From Gracilinanus agilis (lineage: Eukaryota): 64,000 nucleotides of DNA. Both the position numbers and the translations under genes were made by a program. Under the pieces are notes generated by a model. It was not told the origin of the DNA. It was given only the letters and a program-made list of their open reading frames with translations, and did no database searches. Position 1 is the stretch's first letter. Every line of letters starts with the position of its first letter. Positions 37,401-50,759 of this stretch are shown piece by piece. The stretch covers positions 172,855,964 to 172,919,963 of the forward strand of contig NC_058133.1 of NCBI RefSeq assembly GCF_016433145.1, written 5' to 3'.

Positions 37401-39823
37401 TGGAAGAGATCATTGAGGCTGTGTAATTAATCTAGCACTTTCCTTTTCCAAGAGAGCAAAAAACAAGCCTCAGAGAGATGATGTGACTTGCTCCAAGTCA
37501 CACAAGAAGTTAGCCAATCACTTAATCAATAAACATGTATTAAGCAACCAGAACCCAGGTTACTAGACACCTCTCCCCCCAGTCATATCCTTTTCCACTC
37601 ACACTTTAGCACCAGGGAGCTCTATTTCCTTGGGAAAGGCCAAGACGGTACCTTTACCAAGTGCCCCAAACTATAAATTCCGTATCTTCTATTTCCAGAG
37701 GACATCATCTCTCTCCTTTCTCTTTTTTCTTTCTTCTTTTATTTTTAAAATTCTCATCTTCTGCTTCGGAATCAACACTGAGTATTGGTTCCAAGGCAGA
37801 AGGAGAGTAAGGGCTAGGCAATGGGCATTAAGTGACTTGCCCAGATTCACACAGCTAGGAAGTGACTGAGGTCAGATTTGAACCCAGAATCACCTGTCCC
37901 TAAACCTGGCTCTCAATCCATTGGACCACCTAGCTCGCCCCTTTATTCCTTTCTCTTTTTACTGTTCTTTCTCTTTACTTTCTTACCCACTTACATACAC
38001 ACTGACTAGTCTGTGGAAGTCTAGAGAAGTGCCTAACACTAGTCCAGAGAGGTCCAGCCAGACACCTAAGATCACACAGCACATCAGTGGGAACACAAGA
38101 TTAAGGATTTTGTAGCAAGACCGGCAGCTCCCGCTTCCCTGAATTGTTGGGATGGAGAGGGAGGCAGGACTTTCACTGCTCCACCCCTCTCTGCACAGGA
38201 GGTGGGGAAGTAGGAAGAGTGGAGCTCAGTGCAGACACTGGATCTCAGGCTGAATATAGAAATAACTTCTCTGGGCTGGCGAGTCACAGTCACTGCGATG
38301 GAAGGGGCACATTTCCTGTTTATCTCAGAGATCCCTCACTTTCTGGGTGAAACTTGGGGACTCAAGAAAGCTTTTATCCTTTTTTAAAAAAAAAAACCTT
38401 ACTTTCTGTCTGGGTAACAATTCTAAGACAGAAGAGTGGTAAGGTCTAGGCAAATGGGGTTAAGTGACTTGCCCAGGGTCATACAGCTAGTAAGTATCCA
38501 AGGCCAGATTAAAACCCAGGACTTCCCAATACCAGGCCTGGCACTATATCCACTGTACTACCTAGCTGCCCACTGCTAACCTTCTGTACTACTCCGGCAA
38601 TCATTCTCATCACCCTCCCTCCTCACCCCATCCCCAATTTTGGATGCCTCTGGGTTGCTAGGCTTCAGAGGGTGAACTCTCAACTTATCATGCCTGCAGT
38701 CAAGACACCATGCTACTTCCAGGTTTTCTCCACACTATGCTATCCCTTTCTTTTTCATTCACCCTTTGGGTGTTTTGTCTTCCCCCATTAGAATATAAAT
38801 TCCTTGAGGAAAGAGACTATCTTGCTTGTATTTTCATATCCTATACTTAGCACAATACTTGGCACATAGTAAGCACTTAACAAATGTTTATCTATCTATC
38901 CATCTTCTATCCATCCATCTACCCATTCATTTATCTCACNNNNNNNNNNNNNNNNNNNNNNNNNNNNNNNNNNNNNNNNNNNNNNNNNNNNNNNNNNNNN
39001 NNNNNNNNNNNNNNNNNNNNNNNNNNNNNNNNNNNNNNNNNNNNNNNNNNNNNNNNNNNNNNNNNNNNNNNNNNNNNNNNNNNNNNNNNNNNNNNNNNNN
39101 NNNNNNNNNNNNNNNNNNNNNNNNNNNNNNNNNNNNNNNNNNNNNNNNNNNNNNNNNNNNNNNNNNNNNNNNNNNNNNNNNNNNNNNNNNNNNGACCAAA
39201 AGGCTTTTGTGTGTAGAAGTGCTTTAAGCTCTATAAAGAAGAGACTTGACAGTACTTCTCTTAGAATGTGTCCTGCTTTCTCTATCTCTCAGCACCTTTC
39301 TCTGGTTTTCCCCATCCCTACCTTGTCAAAGACAGATTTTCCTGCTATCTTGCCTCTGTACATAAACACATGCTACCATCTGAAGCCTCTTGGGGAAGGA
39401 ATTTCTCTTTTCTTGGCTGCACATTACCAAATTGAAGCTGGGTATTCAGGATAGTAATGGGACCAAATACCATGCCACAAAAAGACTGACCAAGGGGCAG
39501 CTGGGTGGCCAGTAGATAGAAAGCAGGCCTGAAAATGGAAGATCCTGGGTTCAAATCTAACCTCAGATGTTTCCTAGCTGTGTGACCCAAGGCAAGTCAC
39601 TTGACCCCAATTGTCTAGCCCTTACTGTTATGCCTTAGTAATGATCCCAAGGTGGAAGGTAAAAGTTTAAAAGAAAAAAAAAAAAGATTGGCCAGTTGAA
39701 GAAAATGGGCATATTTCTCCTGAGGAAGAGAATCTTGGGTATGTGTATGGAGTGGGGTAGAGGTCACAAATCACTATCTTCAAGTGTCTTTTTAAGTTTT
39801 CATTACTCTCAGCTTCTGTCACC

Positions 39824-40115
39824 TTTTTTTTTGGAGACTGTGTGTCCCTATCTGGCCCAGACTAGAAGTGTAGTGACCACTCACAGGCCTGATCCCACTG
39901 CTGATCAGCTCTGAAATTATAACCTATTTTGAAACCAATCTGGGATGGTTGGACACTCCTTGGGTAGCCAGGTGGCCCCTGAAGGTTCACCATAGTGGAA
40001 CCAGAGTCAGTGCAGACGCCTCCTCAGCTTTAGCCCTACTGCAGCTCAGGACTGTCAAGCTCAAATAATCCACCAGCTTCAACAACCCTATAACAGGGAT
40101 TAGTTATGCCACCAT
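39824..40115 (-). pseudogene. Decayed full-length 7SL (SRP) RNA retrocopy (P7SL-type)
   Basis: The reverse complement follows 7SL: ggtggc...gctggtggattatttgagc...ctatggtgaacc...gctgatcagcagtgggatcaggcctgtgagtggtcactacacttctagtctgggc...gtctcc plus poly(A). The SRP54-binding GGAAA loop is destroyed. Confidence 0.82.
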
Positions 40116-40249
40116 GAATGATCTCTGTTACTTTCTAGAAAATGTACGTGTATTGGGGGAAGAAGGGTTCAGAAAAATGGAGGGAACTGAGTGACAGAGA
40201 GGGAGTCACAGATTTCTGCTCTACATTAAGAAAAATCTTCTTAATAATT

Positions 40250-41510
40250 AGAGCTATCTAGAGCTAAGAAAACAATACAAACAACAAATATAAATAGAAA
40301 GATCAGAGTTGAAAAAACAATTGAAAGCGAACATTGTTTACATCATATTTCTCAGATAAAAGGGTTTGGTGTCTAAGCTACACAGACAATTTATGAATCT
40401 TACACATATGACATATGTACATGTATGACACATGACAGGTGGTACATGCATGTGTATGCATGTACATAGATCACATGTACACACATGAGTGTTCATATAC
40501 ATGCATATCACCCAGAATCTATTCCCCAATAGATAAGTGGTCAGAGGATATGAACAGCCTCAGAAGAAAAATATTAAACCATATGCAAAAGGATGGAAAT
40601 CACTAATAATGAGAAATACAAATCAAAACACCCTAAGGGGTTTCACTTCACACCTAGCAAATTGACAAAGTTGACAAAAGATGCAAATAGCTGAGTTAGA
40701 AGGACTGTGGGAAGACAGGCCCATTGGTGTGCAGTTGATGGAACTTTGAATAAGTACAACTATTTTGAAAAGCAATTTGTGACTAAATTGCTAAAAGCTA
40801 AGTGACTAAAATAGCCATCCCCTTTGATCCAGAGATTACACTAGGAGGCGTATACTTTAAAGCAGTGATGACAAACCCTTTAGAGACCAAGTCCCCGAGC
40901 TACAAGCCTCACACTGCACGTGAGCATGTGAGCCTTACCCCAGGCAGGGGAGGGAGGCAGCACTCCCACTGGGCCACCGGGCAGAGGGGCCAGCAATGGG
41001 AGAAATGTCCTCAGGTACTCATGGAGAGGGAGAGGGGAACAGCCCTCTCAAGCATGCGTGCCATAGGTTTGCCAACTAAAGATATAAAAAAATTCCTCCA
41101 TGTTCGCAAAAAAGTTTTATAGCAACATTTTTATGGTAACAAAGAACTGGAAACAAAACAGATGTCCACAGATTGGGGAGTGGCTAAACAAATTATAGAA
41201 CGTGAATGCTATAAAATATGATAGGATGAAAAAAGAGAAACTTGGAAAGATTTACATGAACTGATAGAGAAGGAAGTAAGGAGAGCTAAGAAGACGATAT
41301 ACAATGAACACAATGATGTAAGTCAGGAGATCCATCACCAATAGTGTTAAAAATGGCCAAGAACAAGTATGACTCCAAAGAAGAGACATGAGAAGACACT
41401 TTCCTCCCATTTCTTCACAGAGATTATTTGTTATATTAGATGGCTCTCTAGAAGGGGGTAAGGAAGAGTAAAAATACAGGATGAAATTCAGTTTATGTAA
41501 AAATAAAAGG
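40250..41510 (+). mobile_element. L1 3' fragment containing a (TG/CA)-rich patch and a MITE insertion
   Basis: ggaaatcactaataatgagaaatacaaatcaaaac..., aaatagccatcccctttgatccagag..., gaactggaaacaaaacagatgtcc. Confidence 0.75.
40863..41076. mobile_element. Short hAT MITE (same TIR class as 34738)
   Basis: Left end cagtgatgacaaaccct, right end ataggtttgccaac (degraded); partial TSD taaag; GC-rich insert inside AT-rich L1. Confidence 0.6.
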
Positions 41511-41530
41511 TATCAATGAGATGTTTGTTG

Positions 41531-41710
41531 TTTTTAAACCCTTAACTTCTGTGTATTGGCTCCTTTGGTGGAAGAGTGGTAAGGGTGGGCAATGGGGGTC
41601 AAGTGACTTGCCCAGGGTCACACAGCTGGGAAGTGTCTGAGGCCAAATTTGAACCTAGGACCTCCCATCTCTAGGCCTGACTCTCAATCCACTGAGCTAC
41701 CCAGCTGCCC
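41531..41710 (-). mobile_element. Young SINE1_Mdo-like SINE
   Basis: Near-consensus; TSD tgtttgttgtttttaaa. Confidence 0.9.
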
Positions 41711-44004
41711 TGTTTGTTGTTTTTAAATAGAGGAATTTATTGAATGGATGGCCAGGAGGCAGGTGGGGTCCAGGATTTTTATACCTTAAGGGAACAGAGG
41801 CTACGTGACCCAGTAAGGAAAGTGGAGAGGGGGACATACAGGGAGGANGGAACAGAGACTACGTGACCCAGTAAGGAAAGTGGAGAGGGGGACATACAGG
41901 GAGGATTCCCATATGTGGTGCCTTGGTGTCTACGGGTAGAAGCTCAGTTTTGCATTGTTTTTCTTAATTGATAAGGATAATAAGATGTATTTTTAGACAT
42001 AATTTGGACTGTCCAAAAGTGTAATGGTGTTAACTCAAAGGGTATGGGATTCCCCTTAATTGGAAGTATTTGGGTGAAAGTTGGATGATGTTTTGTTAAG
42101 GATATCACAGAGGAGATCTTAGTTGGACCAAATGTTTTCAGGGGCCCCCTTCTAACACTGAAATTCTCTGAGAGCATGAGAAAGGAAGGAACCATGGCAG
42201 AGTAGGACTGGGACTTTGGCCTCTTTTAACTCAGATCTGATTTGTGTGCATGACTGCTCTTGTGCCTCCTTTTCCTCCCCTCTTCTCTTTCCATTTTACC
42301 CATAAACCTTTTGGCAGGACCTTCCTGGAATTGATTCCAAATAGGTCAAGATTCAAAAGGATGGGCAAGGAGAGATTTCCCCTAGTGAAGTGATCCTGGT
42401 ATAAAAAAAAGAGGCCATGTGCCTCTTCCCATTTTCAGGCTTACTGGGGTAGGAAAAAAGATGGAGGCTGGTTAAATAATTAGTCTTTAGTAGGTTTCCG
42501 GACTCAATCACACATTTTCCTCATGGGATGTTGGAATAGGGTGAAATGTCATAGGAGCATAGATGGGGAAGCAGAGGGGACTGAAGAAGCCCTTCAGTTT
42601 TTAGATGAGAAAATTAAGGCCAAGGAAAGTCAAGAAACTTTCCTATGGTTAACAGGGAATAATCCTGAGCTGTGGATTTTGAATCCAGATTCTCTGATTC
42701 CAAAGTCTGTCTTTTTCCCACTATACCTGTTCTCCAGCTTCCTTCTCTCTTCTAGGAACCTGACACTGTTTCAGGTGAGATAGATAATATGTCATTAATG
42801 AGAGAGATAAAATGTTAAATTAAGGGCTTACCCTACAGGCACCAAATCTGCCTTTAGAGCCTCTGTTACAAAGTTCAACCTGCTCCTGTTATAGGCAGGA
42901 AGGACTCCTTCCAGAATCTGTGCTTCCCAATGGGCCAGCCAGGGAGGAGATGGTTGCCTTGGCTCCATTTATTATAAACCGAGGAGAGAAACAAAAGAAC
43001 TGAGTCAGAGGAGACTCTAGGAAGTCTTCACACACACACTGGGCAGTGTCTTCCCTTGTCCTCTCGCTTTACTTACTAGAGCCAGAGTGGTGGGAAGGTC
43101 CCTGGTCCCAGGGATGGGAGATGATGTCTTCCTGTCCTTACCTGCTAGCCAGCCTCTGGAAGAATGTTTTCCTATCTCTGGGTTGCCCTTATATTTCCTG
43201 GCCCTTGGATCCTTCCACCATCATGAAGAACCTAGAGGCTGAATCAGGTGGGGTGGGGAGGAGGGGATTCCTTAGACCCCTTTGGCTGACTAGCAAGTGT
43301 CTCTTGAGACTAATCCAAACCTTTCCTGCTACATTTCCCTTTGGTTTCTTCCCTCTTTGCCCTGTAGATACAGAGAGGAGTCAGACTTCCATTTACAATC
43401 TATAGTTCTTGAAAGTATAAAGAGAAATCCAAAGTTGTTTCAAAGGAGATGAGGAACGCCACATTTTAGAGGGCTCCAAAGAAGCAGTGGACCCCCAAGG
43501 ATCAACCAAATCAGAAGCATGGCGGAGTGGGGAGTGGGGGGCTGCCACCCAGTCTTCCTCTCTGCATGGAGTCTGGGGGTGTCTTTACCTGGCCCCTCGG
43601 ACCTGAGAAGGGAAGCCTAGCCTAATCCTTATCAGCCTTTTATCTGGGGAGATACTATTTCCTGGAGGTGATTCATCTCATCCCAGCAACAGACCTGGAG
43701 AAGGGAATGAATGCTACTCCCTTTACCAGGAAGGTCAAGCCGAGGGCCTTTCCCCTAGGCACTGGCATGAAGGAGAGCCCTGGGAGTCTTCCTTCCCTAC
43801 CTCCTACCCACAAACCCACACTACTGCCCTTTCTGGTTTCTGGACCTTCCCATCTATCTTGCCTATTATTGCCCCATTCATGCCCTCCAGTCCGCTCAGC
43901 AATAACTCGGATCCTCCCAGGGGAATTTCTTCTCTTTTGTGATCATTGCAGTTCATGTTTGTCTTTTTTTAGTACTTCCTGGGGACAAAGCACTTCAGAT
44001 CTAA

Positions 44005-44352
44005 CAAGGAAGTCAGGAGTGATACAAGAACACTCTTAAGGTCTCTCTGAAGGACTTCGGGAAATACTGGCATAGGACCATTCAGCCTGGCAAACCCGTA
44101 TCCAAGAAAGTGCTGTGCTATATGAGCAAAGCAAAATTGTTGTAGGAGCAAGAAAATATGCAAAATGGCAAAAGAAATATGAAGGTGCAAATGCAGAGAC
44201 ATCTTCATCCCAAATGGCTCTTTGTGCCCTACCTGTGGTAGTATTGGTGCCAAGATGCTGTTGGTCCAATCAGCAATGGCCAGACAGCCAGACAATACAT
44301 TGACCTAAACATAAGGACGCCATTTTGGTCCTCTCAGAGTACAAACAACCAA
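44005..44352 (+). mobile_element. RTE LINE 3' fragment (RTE_Mdo-like)
   Basis: gatacaagaacactcttaaggtctctctgaaggacttcgg (YK.TLKVSLK.FG), gtgctgtgctatatgagcaaagc (AVLYEQS), tgccctacctgtggtag (CPTCG), and the tail gacgccattttggtcctc...aacaaccaa. Confidence 0.8.
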
Positions 44353-44554
44353 AGCACTTCAGTGCATTTAAGTCTCATTTGAGCCCCAACTTTTGCTCCT
44401 ACCAGGTAGCTGTGCAAATGTTATTAACCCTCACTTTCCATATAGATAATCAATACACATTTATTAAGCCCCTACTATGTGCTAGGCACTATGCTAAGTG
44501 CTGGGGATACAAAAAGAGGCAAAAGAGAGTGTATGCCCTCAAGGAGCTTACAAT

Positions 44555-44790
44555 CTAGTCATTTTTGTTGCTCTTGAATCATTTCAGTGGTGTCTGACTC
44601 TTTGGGACACTATTTGGGGTTTTCTTGGTAGAGACACTGGAGTGGTTTGCCATTCCTTTTTCAGCCTCTTTTTTGCAGATGAGGAAACTGAAACAAACAG
44701 GATTAAGTGACTTGCCCAAGGTCACACAGGTGATAAGTGTCTGATTAGCACTCTATCCGCTGTGCCACTGAGCCACCCACAATCTAAGAA
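44555..44790 (-). mobile_element. MAR1-like SINE
   Basis: gtctgactctttgggac...ggagtggtttgccattcc...gaggaaactga...gtgacttgcccaaggtcacaca. Confidence 0.75.
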
Positions 44791-46936
44791 CAGCTAGCCT
44801 TTCAACTAAGGTCTGTAAAGCACTTTATATACGTGAGCCTCATAACAACCTTTTGAGGTATGTGTTATATTTAATCTCATTTTATAGATGAGGGAAAATG
44901 AGGCAGAAAAAGGCCAAGGGATGATTTTGCCCAGGGTCATATAATTAATGTCTGAGGCTAGATCTGAATTCACATGTAGCTTGACTCCAAGATCTGTGCT
45001 CTCTCCCCAGTGCTACTCTACTGCCTACGATGAGACCACTGAAATGAGAAGAACTCAAGTACTTTCCAGAGCAGAGCCCCAGCAGGTTTTTTGACTATGA
45101 ATCTGTTGTTCATTCCCCACTATCAATGAGGCATAATTTCGGTGGAGCTGGAGAACCTGGGTTTGAGTCCTGCCTCTCTCACTACCTTTGTGATCTTTGG
45201 CAAATGCCTCCTTCATGCCAGGCACTGTGCTAAGTGCTGAGGATGCAAAAAGAGGGCAAAAGACAGCCTCTGTTCTGGGGGAGCTTCCAGCCTCTCATTT
45301 CCCTGTGCTCTCTGAGCTTCAGATGAACTAGATGTGGCCTCTCTCAGCCTTGCCAGCTCAAGAGCTATGATGACCTCGTGGTCCAAAGTCATAGGTGCTT
45401 CTTCCTCCACCAAAACCTTTATGAAGGGCTGAGTGCTGGAGAAGCTCACAGGTTGAATCCACAGACCTCCAGACCACAAGATCACTACAATAGTGAGCTA
45501 GCCCAGACCAAGGCCAAATAGGAACCTCAATGGAGATGTCTTCTCTAAACACTCCAGAGAGAAAGAGCTTGTTCTGAGCTTGGCTCACCAGCTGTTTTTT
45601 CATACAGTACTTTGTAAGGTTGATCCAGTAGGGCCACTCTTCTCCATTTATTACTTCTGTCATTCTCTTGTAGTCATTTCATCTCTGGTAATGTGAGTAG
45701 CCCTTGTATCCTTCATTTAAGTCCCCGTGGAGAACAGACCTGAGCTTCTGTTTCCCATGTTGCTGCAAGAAACCTTCCTTAATTGAGATGCCCTCATTCA
45801 GGATTCCTAGGGGATTCCAAGCATGAGGGATTGTGTAGAGAAAGGGTATTCTTAGGAAACTCAAATGTGAACAAGAGCATGAGGGAAATGTCTCACTAAA
45901 GACTTTGGCCCAGTATGTAAAATATTNNNNNNNNNNNNNNNNNNNNNNNNNNNNNNNNNNNNNNNNNNNNNNNNNNNNNNNNNNNNNNNNNNNNNNNNNN
46001 NNNNNNNNNNNNNNNNNNNNNNNNNNNNNNNNNNNNNNNNNNNNNNNNNNNNNNNNNNNNNNNNNNNNNNNNNNNNNNNNNNNNNNNNNNNNNNNNNNNN
46101 NNNNNNNNNNNNNNNNNNNNNNNNNNNNNNNNNNNNNNNNNNNNNNNNNNNNNNNNNNNNNNNNNNNNNNNNNNNNNNNNNNNNNNNNNNNNNNNNNNNN
46201 NTTGGCTCTAAGGCAGAAGAACAGTAAGGGCTAGGCAATGGGGATTAAGTGACTTGCCCACCTTCACATAGCAAGGAAGTATTTGAGGCTAGATTTGAAT
46301 GCAGGCCCTCATGACTCCAGACTTAGTTCTCTATCCAGTTATCCACCTAACTGTCCTTTTTCCTTTATTTATTAAAGCAGGTTCTGTAAAACCTTTATTA
46401 GTTGGAGGACTTTTGGCATTTGGAAGTGTAAGAAAAGAAAAAGGATGAAACTCATTTCATCCTTTTTCCTTCCTTACAGTTGTAATAACATCTTGCTTTT
46501 TCTTAATTAATTCTTTTATTTTCTTTATTGATTAATTAAGAAAATTTTTCTGTGGTTACATGATTCATGTTCTTTCCCTCCCCTCCTCCCACCCCGCCCC
46601 TTCCATAGCCAACGAGCATTCATTAATTCTTTTAAAATCTCAGACACATTCTAATATATTCTCTCCTGTCCACAAATTGAACCATTCTTTCAAACAAAGA
46701 AAAATAGTTATGCAAAATCAGCATCTGCTTGTGGGTTCACTCACTGACCCATTAGCAAAGCAAACATATCCAAAAGCATAGGGAGCAATCAGGGATGGAT
46801 TTCAGTCATTCAGTAAACATTTTTCAAGTGTTTACTATTGACCAGGAATTGTGCTAAGGATACAAAAAGAAACAAAAGACAGTCCTTGTCCTCAAGGAGC
46901 TCACAGTTTAATGGGAGACAATAAAAAAACAGATTT

Positions 46937-46939
<3 letters not shown>

Positions 46940-46972
<33 letters not shown>
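46940..46972. repeat. (AC)n microsatellite
   Basis: Direct reading. Confidence 0.95.
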
Positions 46973-46976
<4 letters not shown>

Positions 46977-47499
46977 AGTTACACATAGGATCAATAGGAA
47001 ATCATTAAAAGAGGGAAGGCACTAGAATCAAGAGGAGTTGGAAAGGGCTTCCTGTAGATGGTGAGGTTTTAGGTGGGTCTTAGAGGAAGCTAGAGAATAG
47101 GTGGAGATGCCGAGGGGGAGCCTTCCTGGCAAGGGAGACAGATGCTTGTGTTGCCTTCTGTTATCTGGAACCAAAAGATTGTTCTATGAAACTAACTGGA
47201 AGCTCGGCAGTCTTTCTGCACTGCTATCGCTTACCTGACTATGGTCGCCGTATGTTTTGTTTTTCTGTCTTTAATCTATTACTTTACATGAATCTTCCCA
47301 TGTTTCTCTGGATTCCCAATATGCATCTTTTCTTTCAGCACAATAAAATCTCATCACATCTATATGCCATCAAATGATTCCCCAGTGGTGGATGTCAACT
47401 TTGTTTTTGGTCTTTTGAGGTTTTGGGGGGGAGGAGAGTGCCATTAGCTATCAATATCTCTCTATATAGGTTTAAATGGGGCCTTTCTTTCTTTCTTTT

Positions 47500-47710
47500 T
47501 TTTTAAACATTTATTAACATTTATTTTTTAGAAAAGTTAACATGGTTACATGATTCATGCTCTTACTTCCCCCTTCACTCCCCTCCATAGCCCATGCGCA
47601 TTTCCCCTGGCTTTAACATGTGTCATTCATGGAGACCCATTTCCAAATTGTTGATAGTTGCATTGGTGTGGTAGTTTTGAATCTGCATCTGGGGCCTTTC
47701 TTTTTGTCAG
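47500..47710 (-). mobile_element. L1 3' terminal fragment (related piece at about 46500-46630)
   Basis: Poly-T followed by catggttacatgattcatgctc...ccatagcc, the antisense L1 3' end. Confidence 0.65.
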
Positions 47711-48889
47711 TGACTTCCTTGGGGCACTCGCCCAGCACTGGAATCACTGGGTCAAAGGTCTTTCTATTTGAATAGGATTTTATGATTTACAAAGCTCTTT
47801 ACATATATTATCTCATTTAATCCTCCCAATAACCTTGTTATTACTTAGTAACCTTGTTATTCTCAGGTTTGGACCCAGGCCTGAGAAAACAAATAAATGA
47901 CAAAGGAAGAGATTTAGAAGGCTAGATAGGCCTCTGCCCTCTGCCCTCTGGACCCCCTTAATCAGAATTGAATCTAGTATCTGAAAAAGGAAGGAGGAGG
48001 GATAGATAAGGGGCTGGACTTATGTATGTGAGATATGTGAGAGCAGAGCTGGGATTCGGGCCTAATTGACATGTGGTATTTGGTTCAGAGTCCATGCTGG
48101 GGATGCAAACACCTGGGGAGATAAAGGCTTTTCAGTTCAATTGTTCTCCCTCTCTCCCAGTGGAAATCAGGAAGGAAAAGGCCCCACATCATCAAGGGAG
48201 AGGCATTGTACTAAATGGGTTAAACATTGTCAGGTAACCCGGTTTGGCCAGAGGCCAAGTGAGAACAGAGGAGCCCCAAACAGCCACAGTGGAAACTGTC
48301 CCAGGAGCAGTTAATCCAAACTTTGACTTTCTGATCCCTTCCTTCTCACCATCTGGTCCAACATCTGTTAAATCCCTGATAAGATGCTATCTGAAACTAA
48401 GAGTGCAAAGCTCCAGGCAATTTCACTGAATTTTTTCTTTCTGTGATTACACATATTTCTCTTCGGCCTCTCTTGGAGGTTCAAGCCCCTAAGGGCCCAG
48501 AATGCCAGGAGAGCTAAGGATAAAGATGGCCCTGATTGTTCCCGGGAGTTATCTTGACTTTTCCCCAGGCAATTGTGTTTTTCCCTCCAAGCCTCAAGCC
48601 TGGAGAAAGGAGGAGGAGAAGGAGGAGGAGGAGGAGGAGGGAGGAACATTGTTGGTCATTTATCTGAATCCTAGATGCCCACAGTGCTAGACTTTTGCTA
48701 CTTTGAGTCCCTGCCCTTTCTTCCTACCTTAAATGAATGCAAGCCTCACAAGCCTTCTTCCTCTCCTATTGTGTGAGAAGGCATTTATTCTGCAGGTTGC
48801 AGTGGTGTAAAAGGGCTCCTTGCCTGTGGGCACAGATTCCTTGGAGTGGTATCAGGGCCTGAGGGGTTCACTACCATTCATTAGAATCC

Positions 48890-50350
48890 CCTACTCTCCA
48901 TTCCCATAACTGCCACTCTAGTTTAGGCTTTTATCACCTCTTACCTAGGCTATATAATCTATTGGGCCTCTTTTACTCAAGTCTCTCCCTACTCCAATTT
49001 ATCCTCCACAGAGCTGACAAAGTGATTTTCCTGAGGGGGGACCTGATCGCTTCTCTCTGTCCTACTCAATAAACTCCAGTGGCTTCTTCTTATCTCCAGG
49101 ATCAAAAAGAAACTCCTCTTTTGGGAACTTGAAGTTTTTCACGACCTGTCCTCTTTCTAACCTCTCCATTCTTCTTACACATAACTTTCTTGACTTTCTC
49201 TAAGGCCTGTTTATAGGGTTGTCCCTCACACACATTGGCTTTCCCCCATGTTTAAAATATTCTGCTTTATTCTTTTGGAATCCATGATTTCCTTCAAGGA
49301 AACTTTAGCTCAAATGTCGACTTCTGCAGGAAGCCCATTTTGGGTGCTTGTCTCCTTGGTTTTTTTTCCAAAGCTTCCAACCGTGCCTGAGGTTCCCTGA
49401 TACTAAAAGACCTTGTCATTCCCAATCTCTCAAGCTGTTTTCCTACCTTTCTGCTCCTTCTTTGTCTCCTTTACTGGTTCTTCTTACACATCATGACTTT
49501 TAACCCTGCTATTCTTCTAGATTCTACCCTACACCGTCTTCTTCGGCAATTCTCTCTTGGTAACCTCATCCATTTCCATGGGTTTAAGTATAATTTTTAA
49601 ACAAATGACTCCCAAATCTATATATTTAGTCTCAATCTCTCCCCTGAGCTTTAGTCCTGCAATACCAATTTCCTTTTGGACATTTCAAATAGGATGTCGT
49701 GGAGATATCTCAAACTCAACACATCCAAAACTGAGCTCATTATCTTTCCCAAGCCATTCCCTTCTTCCAAACTTCCCTTTTTCTGTCAAAAGCTCCACGG
49801 TCCTTCCAGTCTTCTAGGTTCATAATTACTAGAATCTTTACCCTCTCTGGTTCCATATATACATATATCCATATATAGTGACTAAATCTTTCTTTCTACC
49901 AGTGGCTTCTTTCTCTCTATTCCTGCAGCTATCACCTTGTTTTCAGGTCCTTATTGCTTCTAACCAAATCATTGCAATAATTTCCTAATTAGTCCACCTG
50001 CCTCAAGTCCACTCCAGTCTATCTTTCACACTGGTGCCAAAAGTAATTTTCTGTAAGCACAGATCTAATCATATGACTTAACTACTCAACCAGCTTTCTT
50101 AGTGATTCCAGGATAAAATATAAACTCTTAAGTTTAGCTTTGAAAACTTTACACAGCTTGGCCCCAACCCATCTTCTCAGACCTTTTGAACATTACCCTC
50201 CTTCCTGTACTCTTTGATGTAGCCAAATTGAGCTTCTCTCTCTTCCTCAAACATGAGGCTCTATCTTTGCACTTCTTGTCTCACATGCCTGGAATGTATT
50301 CCTCTCTCTTTACCTCCACCTCCTAGAATTCCTCTCTTCTTTTAAGAGGG
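48890..50350 (+). mobile_element. L2 LINE fragments
   Basis: ctcaaactcaacacatccaaaactgagctcattatctttccc, ttcaggtccttattgcttc, cctgcctcaagtcc...ccagtctatctttcacac. Confidence 0.65.
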
Positions 50351-50759
50351 GATTCAAGATTGCTTGTTAGTTTCAAGAGGGGGGAGCAAAGAAGGGAGGG
50401 AGACAATCTGGATCATATAACATCAGAAAACTTATGCGGAAATTTATTATTAAAATTAAAAATAATTTTTTTAAAGATGGAATTCAAACCCATCTTCTGC
50501 CTTTTGTTTTTGATCTCCTCGACTGCTAGTGCTCTCCATCCCAAATAACCTTATATTTAACTATCTTGTATACATTTGTATTTATTCAATTTATATTTAT
50601 GCTGTGCAGGTGTTTATGTGTACTTTTTGTCTCACTAGAATTTAAGTTCCTCATGAGTGGGAATAGTTGCATTCTTTTTATTTGTATTTGCCAGCATTGG
50701 GCACAGTGCCTTGCACATAATGTAACTTAATATTTGTTGAATGAGTTTAGAGTGGAATA

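Noticed and set aside
41791-41905. 57-bp direct repeat (one mismatch) separated by a single N
   Set aside because: This is the typical signature of overlapping contig ends joined across a 1-N gap; most likely an assembly artefact rather than a real duplication.
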